From Paraspadella gotoi (taxonomy: Eukaryota > Animalia > Chaetognatha): a stretch of 64,000 nucleotides of DNA. The stretch covers positions 30,231,656 through 30,295,655 of the forward strand of contig CM119264.1 in the NCBI GenBank assembly GCA_051294375.1, given 5' to 3'. Shown one piece after another: positions 1-12,739 of this stretch. The translations under genes were made by a program, and so were the position numbers. The notes under the pieces are model-generated. The model did no database searches and was not told the DNA's origin. It worked only from the letters and a program-made list of their open reading frames with translations. Numbering within the stretch: the stretch's first letter is position 1; each line of letters starts with the position of its first letter.

Positions 1-79
1 TCGATTTAAAATATTGAATTTTATTTTTTTTCTCTTTTCCAATTTTTCTTCTCTTTCTCATTACAAGAGAAAGAGAAAT

Positions 80-190
80 GGGCTCTCTTTTCTCAAAGTG
101 CCCCATTCCTGTATTTTAATCTCATAAACCCTAACCATAACCTCTAATCCGAATTTAAAATAAAATGAGACGTTTTGGGAAAATTAGGTT
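80..190. mobile_element. MITE-like element, TIR plus telomere-like core family, copy 1 (short)
   Basis: Left end GGCTCTCTTTTCTCAAAGTGCCCCATT and right end AAATGAGACGTTTTGGGAAAATTAGG are imperfect inverted repeats; core contains AAACCCTAACCATAACC. Confidence 0.5.
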
Positions 191-757
191 CGATTGTCTC
201 GATTTGCCCAACGCAGAAATAAAAAAATCTCCGCCACCCTCGGGGGACTGAACCATCTTTAGCAAATTCTTGCCCTCGAAAAAAGGGGGCAGCACCTGGA
301 GTCGACTCTCTTCGCCCCTGCCACCCACTCACCCGTCACCACAACCGCCCCCCACTTGGGTCGAAAGGNNNNNNNNNNNNNNNNNNNNNNNNNNNNNNNN
401 NNNNNNNNNNNNNNNNNNNNNNNNNNNNNNNNNNNNNNNNNNNNNNNNNNNNNNNNNNNNNNNNNNNNNNNNNNNNNNNNNNNNNNNNNNNNNNNNNNNN
501 NNNNNNNNNNNNNNNNNNNNNNNNNNNNNNNNNNNNNNNNNNNNNNNNNNNNNNNNNNNNNNNNNNNNNNNNNNNNNNNNNNNNNNNNNNNNNNNNNNNN
601 NNNNNNNNNNNNNNNNNNNNNNNNNNNNNNNNNNNNNNNNNNNNNNNNNNNNNNNTCTCTCCAGAGAATCATTGTGATCGCGACTTTTCTTCGCGCTGTG
701 ACTCTGATTATTCTCACGAGGAAACTGAATTCGAATGGTTCCCCCTTTTTAGAAAAC

Positions 758-840
758 CACACTCCACAGGGCTTCACAAAATCTCCTAGTCCACACTCCA
801 CAGGGCTTCACAAAATCACAGAGTCCACAGAGTTTCACAA
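758..840. repeat. Short tandem repeat CACACTCCACAGGGCTTCACAAAATC (2 exact copies plus 1 degenerate)
   Basis: Direct copies at ~758 and ~792; degenerate third copy at ~823. Confidence 0.7.
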
Positions 841-1225
841 GTTCGGTCGGTGAAGGTACTCCAACTTCCGTGATCACATTTCTCCCAATGCTCACGTCCA
901 TGTGCACCAATCTTGTCACTCATGTACCCATGACGTAGATTAGTATAACTCCACATCCCAATTTATGGACGCTTAACTATTATCTCCTTCCGAATCAGAA
1001 ATTTCATTTTTTTCATTAAGTAATTTCGTCATTTTTTAGGAACCTGAATTTTAAAGTATCAGAAGGCGGTTATTCAGCGGCTTTTTTTAATCTTTTGTAA
1101 AATATATAAATAATTATTTATAGTACATTCGTTCATTGTAAGGACTCTTACAATTTTTATACTGCCCCATAATTGCGCTAACTTTGCACCGCATCACTTT
1201 TATCAATATCATGATTCATTTTTTT

Positions 1226-1308
1226 CAGCGATAGTTATCCTTCATTTTTTCGATAGTTATCCCTCCTTGTTTGATAGTTATCCCTCTCTCAGCGATAGTT
1301 ATCCTTCC
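1226..1308. repeat. ~21-bp minisatellite with core GATAGTTATCC, 4 copies
   Basis: GATAGTTATCC recurs four times at about 21-bp spacing. Confidence 0.8.
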
Positions 1309-1719
1309 TTTCCAGGTTCCTTCCTTCTTTTTCATTCGTCTTCATCCTCGTGACACATTTTTTCGTGTGACGTTACTAAAGTAAGATATCGTTGTTGTTG
1401 TCGTCATTTTTGTTGTTGTTGTTGTCAACGTTTACCTCTCTCTCTGCTGCTCGTCTTTCGCGCGATCATCTTTCAATGTTGTCGAGTTCCTCGTCGTTGC
1501 GACAATCGTGGTTGTCGTCGTCGTCGTCGTCGTCGTTGTCATCTATTTCGCAACTCGTCAGGTAAAAAGCAATGTCGTTTGTGGTCGAGATAAGAATGAT
1601 GAAGGATGAGGAGGAGGAGGAGGAGGAGGAGAAAGAAGAGAAGGAGGATGAGTAGGAGGAGGAGGAGAAAGAAGTGGGTGGAAGATGTGAGGCAGAAGGA
1701 AAACGGTAGGAGGAAAGGT

Positions 1720-1772
<53 letters not shown>

Positions 1773-1874
1773 TGAAGTGATGATTTATCCAATTCAATTC
1801 TGAAGTCGCGTGATTCTATTATTTCTTCCTCCTCCTCCTCCTCCTATTGATTATCATGTGGTCTTCCTCGTCCA

Positions 1875-2053
1875 CTTTGCCTCTTTCTCATTGGATCTCC
1901 AAAAACGCGTGATTTAGACGACGAAACCTTTTTCCGTAACATTTTTACCTAAGTTTCCTTATTTAACGTAATAACTATGTATATAGGTTGACAGAGAGAC
2001 AGACAGACTGAAAAGTAATCCTCTTAAAGTTTCGCTTTCCGACGCGACTAAGA
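1875..2053. mobile_element. Dispersed repeat, Helentron/DINE-1 (HINE)-like
   Basis: TTTCTCATTGGA..AAACGCGTGATTTAGACGACGAAACCTTTTTCCGTAACA recurs near-identically at 58053-58125 and diverged at 19695-19800; internal (GACA)n; ends in CGCGACTAA. Confidence 0.5.
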
Positions 2054-3272
2054 TAAGAGAGAAATTGCTATGGAGTATGGATTGTGTCGGGCAGGTCAGG
2101 AAATGGGAGAAATGGCAAAAAGGAAAGGAGATACAGGGGAAGAAAGGAAAGGAGGGAGGGAAAGAAAGAAAAGAAAGTAGAGGGAAAGAAAGGAAAGTTA
2201 GAAGGAAAAACGAAGCAGAAATATGAAAGGGTTTTAGGCTCGGAAGGTAAGGAGGTTGAAAAGGCGAAAATGATGAATGAACAACAAGAGAAAAGAAGAG
2301 GTAAGTTTATGAAAAAGACTAATATTAAATGGAGAGAAGAGTAGGATAGAGGAGTTAAAGGAGGAAGAAGGAAAGAAAAGAGAAAGAAAAAAGATAGAAA
2401 GAAGAAATAAGGGAGAAGAGTGAAAGAAGGAAGAGAGAAAGAAGAAAAAAGAAAGAAAAAAGAAAGAAAAAAGAAAGAGGATGACGCGCGAGAGATAAAC
2501 GAGGCCTAATTAAGGATTTCTCGGAAATGCGGACGAGAGAAAATTTGGCGCCGTCGATGGAAGATTCGCCATTTTGAAAAAAAAAAGAAAAAAGAAAAAA
2601 AAAACTGGGGAATTCGTTATGAGTTGATCTGTCTGAATGGGGAGGATCGTTAATTAGAAATGACGAGAAAATTCTGAATGATGAGTTCATTTTTCTAGAC
2701 AAGATTTTTTCCCCCCTTTTTCTCATTTTAGGGGAAAAAATCGTTAACATCAAATTTAAAAAGAAATATAAAATCTGATAGGTTTAATTTAAAACGTTTA
2801 TAAAATACCCTGACAAAATATGATTTAAATATAAGTTTGAAAATAAGTTTTAAATTTATTTTCATAATGAGATATTGATAAAAAATTAACATCTGATAAA
2901 AATCTTATAAAAGATTTATAATTTAAAACATTTATAAAATACCAGGACAAAATATGATTAAAATATGATTAATTACCTGAACGTACGAAAGTGAATCTCA
3001 TTTATGGAATTCGTTCCATCACGAACAGGATATCAGATGAAATATGTTGACGCTGGGGCAAATAAACTCTTTCATTAAGAAGATGCTCACTCTCTCTCTC
3101 TCTCTCTCTCTCTCTTCTTAAAAGCTTTAAAGTCCGGAGGTAAAATCCCTAATAGCGCCGCCTCTGAATGACGCCGGTGACTCTCTTTATTGTTTAACAT
3201 AACATTTTATTTATTTATATTTGATATATATAATATATTATCACATAGAAAGATAAAAAGTGAAAGAGAGAA

Positions 3273-3307
<35 letters not shown>

Positions 3308-3310
3308 GAC

Positions 3311-3343
<33 letters not shown>

Positions 3344-3850
3344 CAGACGGAGAGAGAGTGGAATCCAAGATGCCACACAATATCGTCATCCTATTCTCAC
3401 GCGTAACGTCGCTGGCTGAGACGAGACGGTCCGACCGACCGACCGACCGACCGACTGACCGACCGACTGACCGACCAAAAATATCGCGAAATAATGATAT
3501 TTTTGTCATTTTGCTATTTTGTTATTTATATCGACGGTAGTCGTCGTCGTTGTTGTTGTTGTTGTTGCTACAGAATGGAAACGACTGAGAAAAAATAGTT
3601 TCATGGGTAAATCTTCATTCTTGATGAAATAATTAAACGAACAATCAAAAGATTACATTAAACAATTAATAAATATCTAAACTATTTTTAACGTAACATT
3701 GGCCGAAAATCTTGTTCTTTCGGCATATCTTTTAACTAAGTTAATGTCCAAGTCTAATTGAAGTAATATTAAGTACGTTTCTTATACTTTTAAACAATTT
3801 TTTTTTCAATTAATGTAGTAGAGAAATCGTTAACCCTTGTCAACCGAGTT

Positions 3851-4063
3851 AAATTGCCCTCTTTTAAATTTCCCTCTGTTAAATTGCCCTCTTTTTCAAA
3901 TTTCCCCCTTTTCAATTGCCCTCTTTTAAATTGCCCTTTTTTAAATTGCCCTTTTTTAAATTGCCCTCTTTTAAAATTCCCTCTTTTAAATTTCCCTCTT
4001 TTTCAAATTTCCCTCTTTTAAATTGCCCTTTTTAAATTTCCCTCTTTTAAATTGCCCTCTTTT
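3851..4063. repeat. 15-bp minisatellite AAATT(G/T)CCCTCTTTT, about 14 copies
   Basis: Direct tandem array. Confidence 0.9.
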
Positions 4064-4329
4064 TCTCTTAAGCTTTTGCTTTTTACACTTTTTTTTCTAA
4101 TTCAGTTTCCTTTTTGTTTCTCACGAGTTTGTGACTTTGTCTCTGTCTCTCTCTTCTTCCGTGAGATGTCTCTGTCTCTGTCTGTCTCTGTCTCTCTCTT
4201 CTTCCGTGAGATGGATTGTCACAGTTAAACATTCACTCTAAAAAATGATGTTTACGAACTAACCGACGATTTCTCTTCGCGCTCTGACTCACTGTCCCAC
4301 TTCCAGGTAATCCGTTCGATCACGGACAA

Positions 4330-4550
4330 TTTATCACTCACTCGCTTACTGGCTTCACTCACTTACTCAATCACTCACTCACTCCTAGCCTCACTCAATC
4401 ACATACTCACTTTTTCAATCACTCACTCACTCACTCACTCACTCACTCACTCACTTACTTTTTGATTCAAAGACACACACCATTTTACTTACTAATTTAC
4501 TCACTCACTTACATACTAACTCACCAACTCAATTTATACTTACTCTTTTT
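4330..4550. repeat. Degenerate (TCAC)n microsatellite
   Basis: Direct reading. Confidence 0.85.
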
Positions 4551-4573
4551 ATTCACCTTTTGTATTCAGATTT

Positions 4574-4610
<37 letters not shown>

Positions 4611-4653
4611 CTCTCTCACTATTTTTATCACCGTCGCCCCATTCATCTTCTAA

Positions 4654-4706
<53 letters not shown>

Positions 4707-4740
4707 TTTCTTCTTCAATTTTCCCTTCCGCTTTCAGATT

Positions 4741-4885
4741 CCGCGCATGCGCGCTTCGCGTGACATCGCACGAGCTTGTCTTGCGCACGCAGCGGTGGCG
4801 TGTCAATCGCACGTCTGGGCGGACGGGCGGACTTCCTGTTCGCGCTTGCGCTCTCTGCCGGGGAACGCGCGCGTAGGCGGGTCAA
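4741..4885. promoter_or_regulatory. CpG-rich promoter/enhancer-like patch
   Basis: Perfect palindrome CGCGCATGCGCG (NRF1-type) at 4742-4753, two GGGCGG GC boxes (~4817, ~4825) and ETS core ACTTCCTG (~4831), in a GC-rich island between (CT)n and (GA)n tracts. Confidence 0.35.
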
Positions 4886-5340
4886 AAAATCAGGGGAAAT
4901 TCATTTTAGAGGGCGGAGAGGGGAAGCAATGGTGGGAGAGAGGGGGACGAAGGGAGTGAGAGAGAGGTGTGAGCGAGTGATTAAGTAAGAGAGAGAGAGA
5001 GAGAGAAGAGGAGACGAGAGAGAGGAGAGAGAGAAAGAGAGAGAAACAGNNNNNNNNNNNNNNNNNNNNNNNNNNNNNNNNNNNNNNNNNNNNNNNNNNN
5101 NNNNNNNNNNNNNNNNNNNNNNNNNNNNNNNNNNNNNNNNNNNTTCGTCGATTTTGGTTTCACCGCGTGAGAATCACAGCCACGCCCTCTTCCCTCACGC
5201 CCTCCTTTTCTCTCCTCTCTCCAATCCTCACTGTCACGGATGACATACGGGTTTACGCTTTTCACGCCCAACATCCGGGTTGTCATTAATATTTTTTCGG
5301 TTCGGTCGACGCCGCACGACTTTTGATAAGCGTTATTTTT

Positions 5341-5461
5341 CTTTAGTTGCGCCGCGAGTGCTCGGGGAGAAACTCAAAAAGTCCTTTTTTGGTCTGTCTG
5401 TCTGTCCGTTTATGCGTCCGTCTCTCTGCCTCTCTGTCTGTCTGTTGGTCTGTTCCACGCT
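5341..5461 (+). mobile_element. Helentron/DINE-1 (HINE)-like terminus
   Basis: TTTAGTTGCGCCGCGAGTGCTCGGGGAG..ACTC followed by (GTCT/GTCC)n; homologous to the reverse complement of 33514-33627. Confidence 0.5.
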
Positions 5462-5751
5462 GGGGCAACTCGGCCAATACTAAATCATTTTAAGAAATCC
5501 TTTGGAGTAAGTCGGCTTTCGCTTAATTATTTTACTTAATACTTTAAAACTACGTAAGAAATCTTAAGATGCGTATGTCGCATACTTGTGAACTCACGTG
5601 ATCATCTGGAAATGAAATCAGGAGAGAAAGTCACTTCGGCCAAAACGACTTTCACTTCACGCTTCTTCTTTCTCTCTTTCTTTTTACGGTTTTAAGATTT
5701 TCACTTTCACAGTTTTACAGTTAAGTCTTCCTCGCTAGATAAGCTTTCATT

Positions 5752-5788
<37 letters not shown>

Positions 5789-6084
5789 NNNNNNNNNNNN
5801 NNNNNNNNNNNNNNNNNNNNNNNNNNNNNNNNNNNNNNNNNNNNNNNNNNNNNNNNNNNNNNNNNNNNNNNNNNNNNNNNNNNNNNNNNNNNNNNNNNNN
5901 NNNNNNNNNNNNNNNNNNNNNNNNNNNNNNNNNNNNNNNNNNNNNNNNNNNNNNNNNNNAGAGAGAAAGAGAGAGAGAGAAAGAGAAAGAGAGAGAGAAA
6001 GAGACTCTCGATTTATTCCAGGGAAATATCGCTGACGATGACGAATTCTCTCTGCGAATGAAGAGAAAGAGAAAGGAGAGTAAA

Positions 6085-6400
6085 AAGCAAAGAAAAAAGC
6101 AGAGGAAGAAGCAAAGAAAAAAGCAGAGGAAAAGCAAAGAAAAAAGCAGAGGAAGAAGCAAAGAAAAAAGCAGAGGATAAAGCAAAGAAAAGAGCAGAGG
6201 AAGAAGCAAAAAAAAAGCAGAGGAAGAAGCAAAGAAAAAGAAGAGGAAGAAGAAAAGAAAAAAGCAAAGAAAAAGCAGTGGAGGAAATAAAAAAGCAGCG
6301 GAAGAAGCAAAGAAAAAAACAATGAAAAAGTAGAGGAGGAAATAAAAAAGCGAAGGTAAATGCGGAGGAAGAAGTAAAGAAAAAAAGCAGAGGCAGAAAA
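6085..6400. repeat. 24-bp purine-rich minisatellite GCAAAGAAAAAAGCAGAGGAAGAA
   Basis: Tandem copies decaying rightwards; some units are 23 bp, which breaks frame. Confidence 0.85.
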
Positions 6401-6640
6401 GAAAAAAAATGTGAGAAAGAGGAAAGAAATAAGCAAAGAAAGAGCAGAGAAATTTAATGATTTACTGAAACTGTTATTGATTAAAAATAAATTTTTCGCT
6501 TTTATTAAATGCAGGGTAAGGTAAGGTAAGTTAGAGGCTTAGTAGAATTTACCTTATCTTTTGCGGTGGGAAGGACAAAGCTGCGCCATTTTATAATCGA
6601 CTCGAGAGAAAAAGTGGGATTTTCGAGTTAGTTGTTATCT

Positions 6641-6684
<44 letters not shown>

Positions 6685-6744
6685 TTCGTCGTCGTCCTCA
6701 TCTTTTTCTCGAGTGAATGAGATTATAAAAACGAATTTAGGGTT

Positions 6745-7396
6745 TTTTCTTTTTTCTTTTTTCTTTTTTCTTTTTTTCTCTTTATTTTCTTTTCTTCATT
6801 TTTTTTCTTATTCGACGAAAACCGAAGACAAAACTCGATTATTTCGCTCGAACGAAAAAATAATTTAATTCTAAACCGAAAATAATTTTCATACGAAATT
6901 TTGTTTAAAACAATAACAAGCAAATGTGGTCGGTTNNNNNNNNNNNNNNNNNNNNNNNNNNNNNNNNNNNNNNNNNNNNNNNNNCCTCCCCCTCCTCCTC
7001 CACTTAACCTTCGTCGAGTCTTATTAATCAAACTGAAGTCGCAAACCATTAATTTCTTCTTCGATTCACTATCAGCGTCCACATCTCTCGAAACGCCCGA
7101 AGGGTGGCGCCCCCTTGATCGCCCCATTAGTCACTCGCTCTCGATCTCGTTCTTACTCTCTCTCTTGCTTTGCTTTGCTTTTTTTTTTTGCTTTGCCAAG
7201 CTCTGACTAGCTTTGCTTGCTTTTTTTATTTCTTTCTTTCTTACCTTCTCTCTCTCTCTCTCTCTCTCCCTCTCTATCTCCTCAACTTTAAAAATAACTC
7301 TCTTTCCGAAAAAAGAAAAGTTCTACCTTTAAGTCTAAGAAGATAAATGACACTGAATTTGGTAGACGCGTCGGATTACGAATCCAATTGAGAATT

Positions 7397-7468
<72 letters not shown>

Positions 7469-7564
7469 CCAGGTGTCCGCCTTCGCTCTTCCAACGTCAA
7501 CGTCACGTAACGTCGTCCGCGTCATTCGTCATTGTCGTCTTATTCCATCGCGCCGTCATTTAAG

Positions 7565-7610
<46 letters not shown>

Positions 7611-8464
7611 AGTTTTCGTCGTCGTCGAAGTTTTCGTCGTTCTTTGTTCTCTTTCGTCGACGTCGTCTTAATATTCGAATTCTCGTCTCTGATTGGTTGT
7701 CATACGACAGCCAACGTACCAATGAGAGACCAGGAACCGTTAAAGTGGAACTCCAACTTTGAAGTTTAAAGAATAAATTTTGAGGCTCGAAAATTGAGTT
7801 GAGGGAAAAAATAAGACGGAAGAAAAAGAAAATGAGTGGAGGAGGAAAAAAAGGAAAAGGAGGAAGGAAGAGAAAGAGAAAAGGTGAAGAAAAAAAGAAA
7901 TAAAGAAAGGAAATAATAAAAAGGAAGAAAGGAGAGAAGAAGTGGAAAAGAAAAGTAAAATTGAGGCAGAAGGAAATAAAAGAAAATAATGATAATAAGA
8001 AATTAAAAAAGGAGGTAAAAGAAAATAGAAAAAGGAAAGAAAATAAGAAGAAAAAAGGAAAGAGAAAAAGAAAAGAAAAAACTGAGGAAAAAAAAAGAAA
8101 AAAGGAGGAAAAAGTAAAGAAAAAAGAGGAAAAAGGAAGGAAAAAAGGAGGAAAAAGGAAAGAAAAAAATATGAAGGTCCAAGAGGGAAAACGATAATAT
8201 TAGTTTTCAAATGGAGACGTTTCTTTTTTCGATAAACCATAAAAAAAAAGTTGGAATCGAATTTTTTCGCCAAGAAACTTCACATTTGGTGAATTCACTT
8301 TTCACTTTTTACTTTTTACTTTTCACTTTTTACTTTTTACTTTTCACTTTTCATATTTTAATTTTCTCCTTTTTTATCTTTATTTGACTCAATTTCTCAT
8401 CAGGTTTTATTTCTCATTACCTTTTCTTCTTATGAAATTAGTAGAATCAATATAAAAATTATCC
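6745..8464 (+). repeat. Segment A, duplicated at 15810-17960
   Basis: Colinear unique anchors (ATACGAAATTTTGTTTAAAACAAT; AAATGACACTGAATTTGGTAGACGCGTCGG; AAAGTGGAACTCCAACTTTGAAG) occur in both copies; second copy carries many single-base insertions. Confidence 0.9.
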
Positions 8465-8489
8465 NNNNNNNNNNNNNNNNNNNNNNNNN

Positions 8490-9200
8490 GTCTCCTCTCT
8501 GCTGCTCTCGTTCCCAGCGCTGAGACACTCATTCGCAGAGAGAGAAGAGAGAGAGAGAGAAGAGAGAGGAGGAAAAAAAAAATTTGAAATGGATAAGTAT
8601 CCGCGCCAGTAATAACAATTTTTGAGTCTGCTGAGAATAAAAATGTTTTGAGAATCGGAGGGAAATGGAAGGGGGGGGCGGTTGGGGGGAAAGGAGGGGT
8701 GGTGGGATGTAGAAAGGGGGTGGTGGGTGGACAATAGGGTGGTGGGATTGTAGAAGGGGGGTGGTGGGGGTAGAAGAAGGGGGGGGGGGTGTTTTAGAAA
8801 GGAAGGTGAGGGATTATTAAACTGGATGAAGAGAGAAATTGAGACTCTTTCCGATGAATTCTTGAGATCAAAAATAAAATATTAAAGATGTATTTTGATT
8901 AGTAATAACTACGTTGTGGTCGCGCACGCACAATTCTGCCCACACCATAACGTGGCCGCTCAAATTCCTTTAAAAACCACAAAATTTCCTCTAACTGCTG
9001 TTGAGAGCCCACATAAAAAAACAATTAAAAATAAGAATAACGGATAAGTGAAGAGAAATGAAGCTAAAGAGAAATTGAAATGGAAATGATTTCAAAATTG
9101 TAACGTGAAAATTAATCTAGAGCTTAGGGAGTGGTACTTGTTAATACTTTGAAATGTTATAACTCAGCTTCATTGATTTTGAGGCAGGTAATGTATATGA
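8490..9200 (-). repeat. Segment B, inverted noisy copy of 18115-18835
   Basis: GAGACTCTTTCCGATGAATTCTTGAGA..AAATATTAAAGATGTATTTTG is the reverse complement of CAAAATACATCTTTAATATTT..TCTCAAGAATTCATCGAAGAGTCTC. Confidence 0.85.
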
Positions 9201-11019
9201 GTGTGTGTTTTTCGTTGGTCGCTACCTTTCTGAGAGTATCTATATCGTAGGAGATTTTAATGTAGTCTTTTTAGGAAAATCAAGAAATGGAGGTAAGGCA
9301 TAAGGTAAGCATCGTTAAGTGATTAGAAACAGCAATGATCTTCTCAGTGGTAGAGCTCGCCTATGGCCACTATTCTAAATAACATGAAACGCATGCATAA
9401 AACCAATAACATATATAAAAAACCCCGACGATGGCCAACTAACAATTAATGCGATCTGTAATGAAAATAGAATCTATGATTAATGCAATAGCATTGAAAT
9501 AAAATGAACTGTATTTGTTTATAAATAAATACCGATTGTTTATTTTTAAAGACTTTTACAAAGGTAAATAAGGTCGACGGGACCACTACGACGAGAGTTT
9601 CTTGTCCAACCAGATACTTTCCCTTTATAAAATCTGAGCGTACCCGCACCCCCCCCGCCCCCCCGCCCCCCTCCCCCCCCCCCCCCCGCCGCGGCGCCCC
9701 CCCCCCACCCCCCCCCCCGCCCCCAAAAACCCCCGTCCCCCGAGTGTCGTTTAGAATTAGGGACGCTTTCAAAGAGAGTCTTTCGCATCTTTTCTTTTTC
9801 TCTGCAAATAGCGTGGAACGAATGCAAAAACACGCGGTCCGCAGATCTCCTGCACAGTGACACAAACATCATCTCAATGACGAAACGCTTTTGCAGTGAA
9901 GGAACGATTCCCGCTGAAGTGGAGGGCGGCGAAATGGCAGAATTTTCCCTTGGTAATGAATTCCGGGCCAATGAATCGACCGTCGGAACAAGGCGCGCGA
10001 GATATGCATGGTGTCCCGCGGCGTTGAGAACAGGATTTAAGGAAGACTAGTGAAGTTGAACCAAATCGAGAGAACATCTTGGATCCATTTACTTTGAAAA
10101 GTGAATACAGAGTTTATGCTTAATTTTGTGAATATATGGTCATGCCATACTCGGAGAGTGAAGAGACGTTGGAAAATAATGGAGATGCGGCCGTTCGACG
10201 ACACGAAATGTGAGAAAAATTAAGTTTTCTTTGGCGCCTAATAATTCTTTAAGAGGGACATGAGAAAAGCCGCTGAAGAATTCGAAAATGTCACTCCTCT
10301 CACTTTATGATGGTGCCCTCGTCCGCAGTTGCTGGAACGAGACTGTGGAGGCAGGTTATTGAAGGGGAGGTATACATTTGGGCTCAAAATTGCTTGTGTC
10401 CGCGCATACACCTCTACTCTTCCAGCAGGAAAGCTTTTATCAAGAGAGAGCGTGAGGGAAAGGATGAGTGCTTCGCGGAGATAAAAGTTTGGCATCGCGT
10501 CCCAAAATGGTTGTACGCAAAAAGTCCCAAATAGGAATATAAGAGTGGGAACACAGAAAAAACTGAAGTTGGCAACAATTACGCCTGAAGGCGACCTACG
10601 TCCGAAGGCCAGCCATCGAAGAAAATGAACAAACAAATCGTTAGCGATTGTTGGCGGTTGAAATCCGCCTTGCCGTAGCGTGATTACGCTACAATTTTTC
10701 TGTTTAGAAATTGACACAATTTGCAACGAAATGTTTTTATACAGAAGTGATATGTGTCGTTTGAAGTAGACGCCAGGGAGCTGGAGCTGCCTCCAAAGGA
10801 AGTTTTACAGAAGAATAAGGGGGGGATGGATATCGACATGAAGGAAAAGAGGTGGACTGGAAAGGTGGAGATTGGGCTAAGAGAGAGGCAGGAGGAGGGG
10901 TAGTTGGGGGGGGGCTGGGGCGTCTGAAAAATAAGTTGTATTCGACGTTGAGTCTGGGCCGTGCAGCAATATTTTTTTTTTTTTTTTTTTTTTTAGTCGC
11001 CAATATTTGCTCTTCCTCC

Positions 11020-12310
11020 TGATCAAGCCCAACATACGGCAGGATTGGTCATAGCGTGAACATAGAGTTTAGAAGAGCACAAAAATAAGTATGTTGTTTG
11101 GATTAGAAAATGGCTTGAGAAAGTTGCCAAGGGCGGGCAACCCCGATGCGTTCCATAAGCATCGAGCCGCCGATCTGCAAGCTGACGAAGTGCATCGCGC
11201 TGCTTTAGCAAATTGTGAAGGAGCCTTTAACTAAGGATTTGTTCTCATCGGAATCCGCAAAAGATAGATGTGTTGTATTTTTTGAATTTTGAGTAGATAT
11301 AGGATTCGGGTATGGATGATGGTGTAGTTCTATGGGTATTTGGTTGGAAAAATATTTTATCGAGAAATGTAGTTTGTTGACAAATGATGGATGGTATTTT
11401 GAGGAGGGATCCCGAAGAGCGCCGAAAAAGGACATCAAGGAAAGGCAAAACAACAAAGGGGAGGGGCGCCCTCTAAGAGTGGTTATTAACAAAAACCATA
11501 CATGCTGCACGATGTTGATGTATTGAAATCTTTTTGGCAATCCGCAAACCGAACTCTGAGAAATTTTAAGCGATGGAATCAACGTTCCTTCTGGACACTT
11601 CCCAATGAATTGTTTCCAAACGAAAATTTGCGTCGCTTGGCATCGTACTCATAATTTTCAATAGCGGTCTTTATCCGTCATTTTCGTTCTCATTTTTTGG
11701 AAACGCAAGATGAGCGGGAAGGTTGCAAAATGTCGACATCCAAATCTTGCCAAGATCGGCAGTCGACAACCGATGACGTGAACTTCCATTTTTCTCGTAT
11801 CCGAGTTCCTAATGACTGCTCCGTGCTTCAACCACAGCGAGAGGAGGGCGAGATAGGAGATAGCCATTTATTGATCATCAACGAATGCTTATATAACTAG
11901 CAATATAATAATTTAACAAAGATGCAATCCTGTAATATAAATTTTTTTATTTTTTGCTCGTTCCTCAAAATAATATTTGAATACTAAATTTCTAGGGGGG
12001 AGAGCAAATGGAATGGTTTAGAACCAATGAGGCTATAAAGAAGGATTATGATTTTCAACATTAGCTTTGCATCGTCGAGCTTAAGAAGAGTCTTAACAAT
12101 GATAGATAAGCAAGTACAATTATTCATTCAAGCTACAACGCTTCCCCAATCTCACTCGCATATATACTAAATTTGAATGCTAAGAAAAACTGAACAATGT
12201 CATGAGCTCAGAAAGATTATGTGTTAAAGAAAGTAAAAAAATAAAAATGTGAACATAAAATCAAGAAATCAAATCCGTTTTCACTGGGATGATTTTGTAC
12301 ATTAAAAATT
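11020..12310 (-). mobile_element. Penelope-like retroelement (Neptune-type) RT through GIY-YIG endonuclease, heavily frameshifted
   Basis: Minus-strand motifs in canonical order and roughly canonical spacing, read across indels: MYxxIPV (~12285-12303), IGSK..SPP..YFEE (~11961-12030), YKxFVDD (11874-11893), LWLKHG (11821-11837), KFT (~11780), LDV (~11738), KMTDKDRY (11661-11684), IP..FLRVR (~11550-11580), RGxP (~11470), KYHP (~11390), LSF..NKSLVKG (~11222-11270), C..YVG (~11028-11085). Confidence 0.7.
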
Positions 12311-12739
12311 TTATGGATAAAAGAGGTAATAAATAAATAAAGATGTTTGCAGTGATTAAAGTTATTTACTGTAAGAAACTATGACTAACAGGGCATATTT
12401 TTATATAAGGACAAATAGCTTTTAGTTATAAATAAATAGCTGGGTCTGTCGCCTCTTTGTAACATCATTGAGAGGATTACCCGACATCTTTTCTCAGAAG
12501 AGATTTTATAATTCTCTCATGATCCTGATCTCAGATTCACATTCAAAATGGAAGCTGATCACCAAAAAGGGTCTGACAGTTAAGTCGCCAGTACATCTAG
12601 AAGGACCGCTATCACAACTGGGAGGACCTCGACAAGATCTTGTGATGTATCCAGGGTTGTCAGGACTAATGAAAAGGTTCAGATGGAGAGGGTTAAAGGT
12701 CTTTTGAGATATCATCACATCCCGACATCGGAACGCGAC

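Noticed and set aside
6085-6400. AKKKAEEE-repeat protein (TolA/MAEBL-like)
   Set aside because: Minisatellite with frame-breaking 23-bp units and flanking stops
9343-9362. tRNA A-box CTCAGTGGTAGAGC
   Set aside because: No B-box or cloverleaf downstream
11245-11448. ORF starting LPFLDVL treated as an independent gene
   Set aside because: It overlaps the linker of the Neptune-like element in another frame and may be coincidence or a small extra fragment; not an intact CDS
11220-11690. Plus-strand Polinton polB-like words (YMLHDVDVL, LASYS)
   Set aside because: The same bases are better explained by the colinear minus-strand PLE motifs
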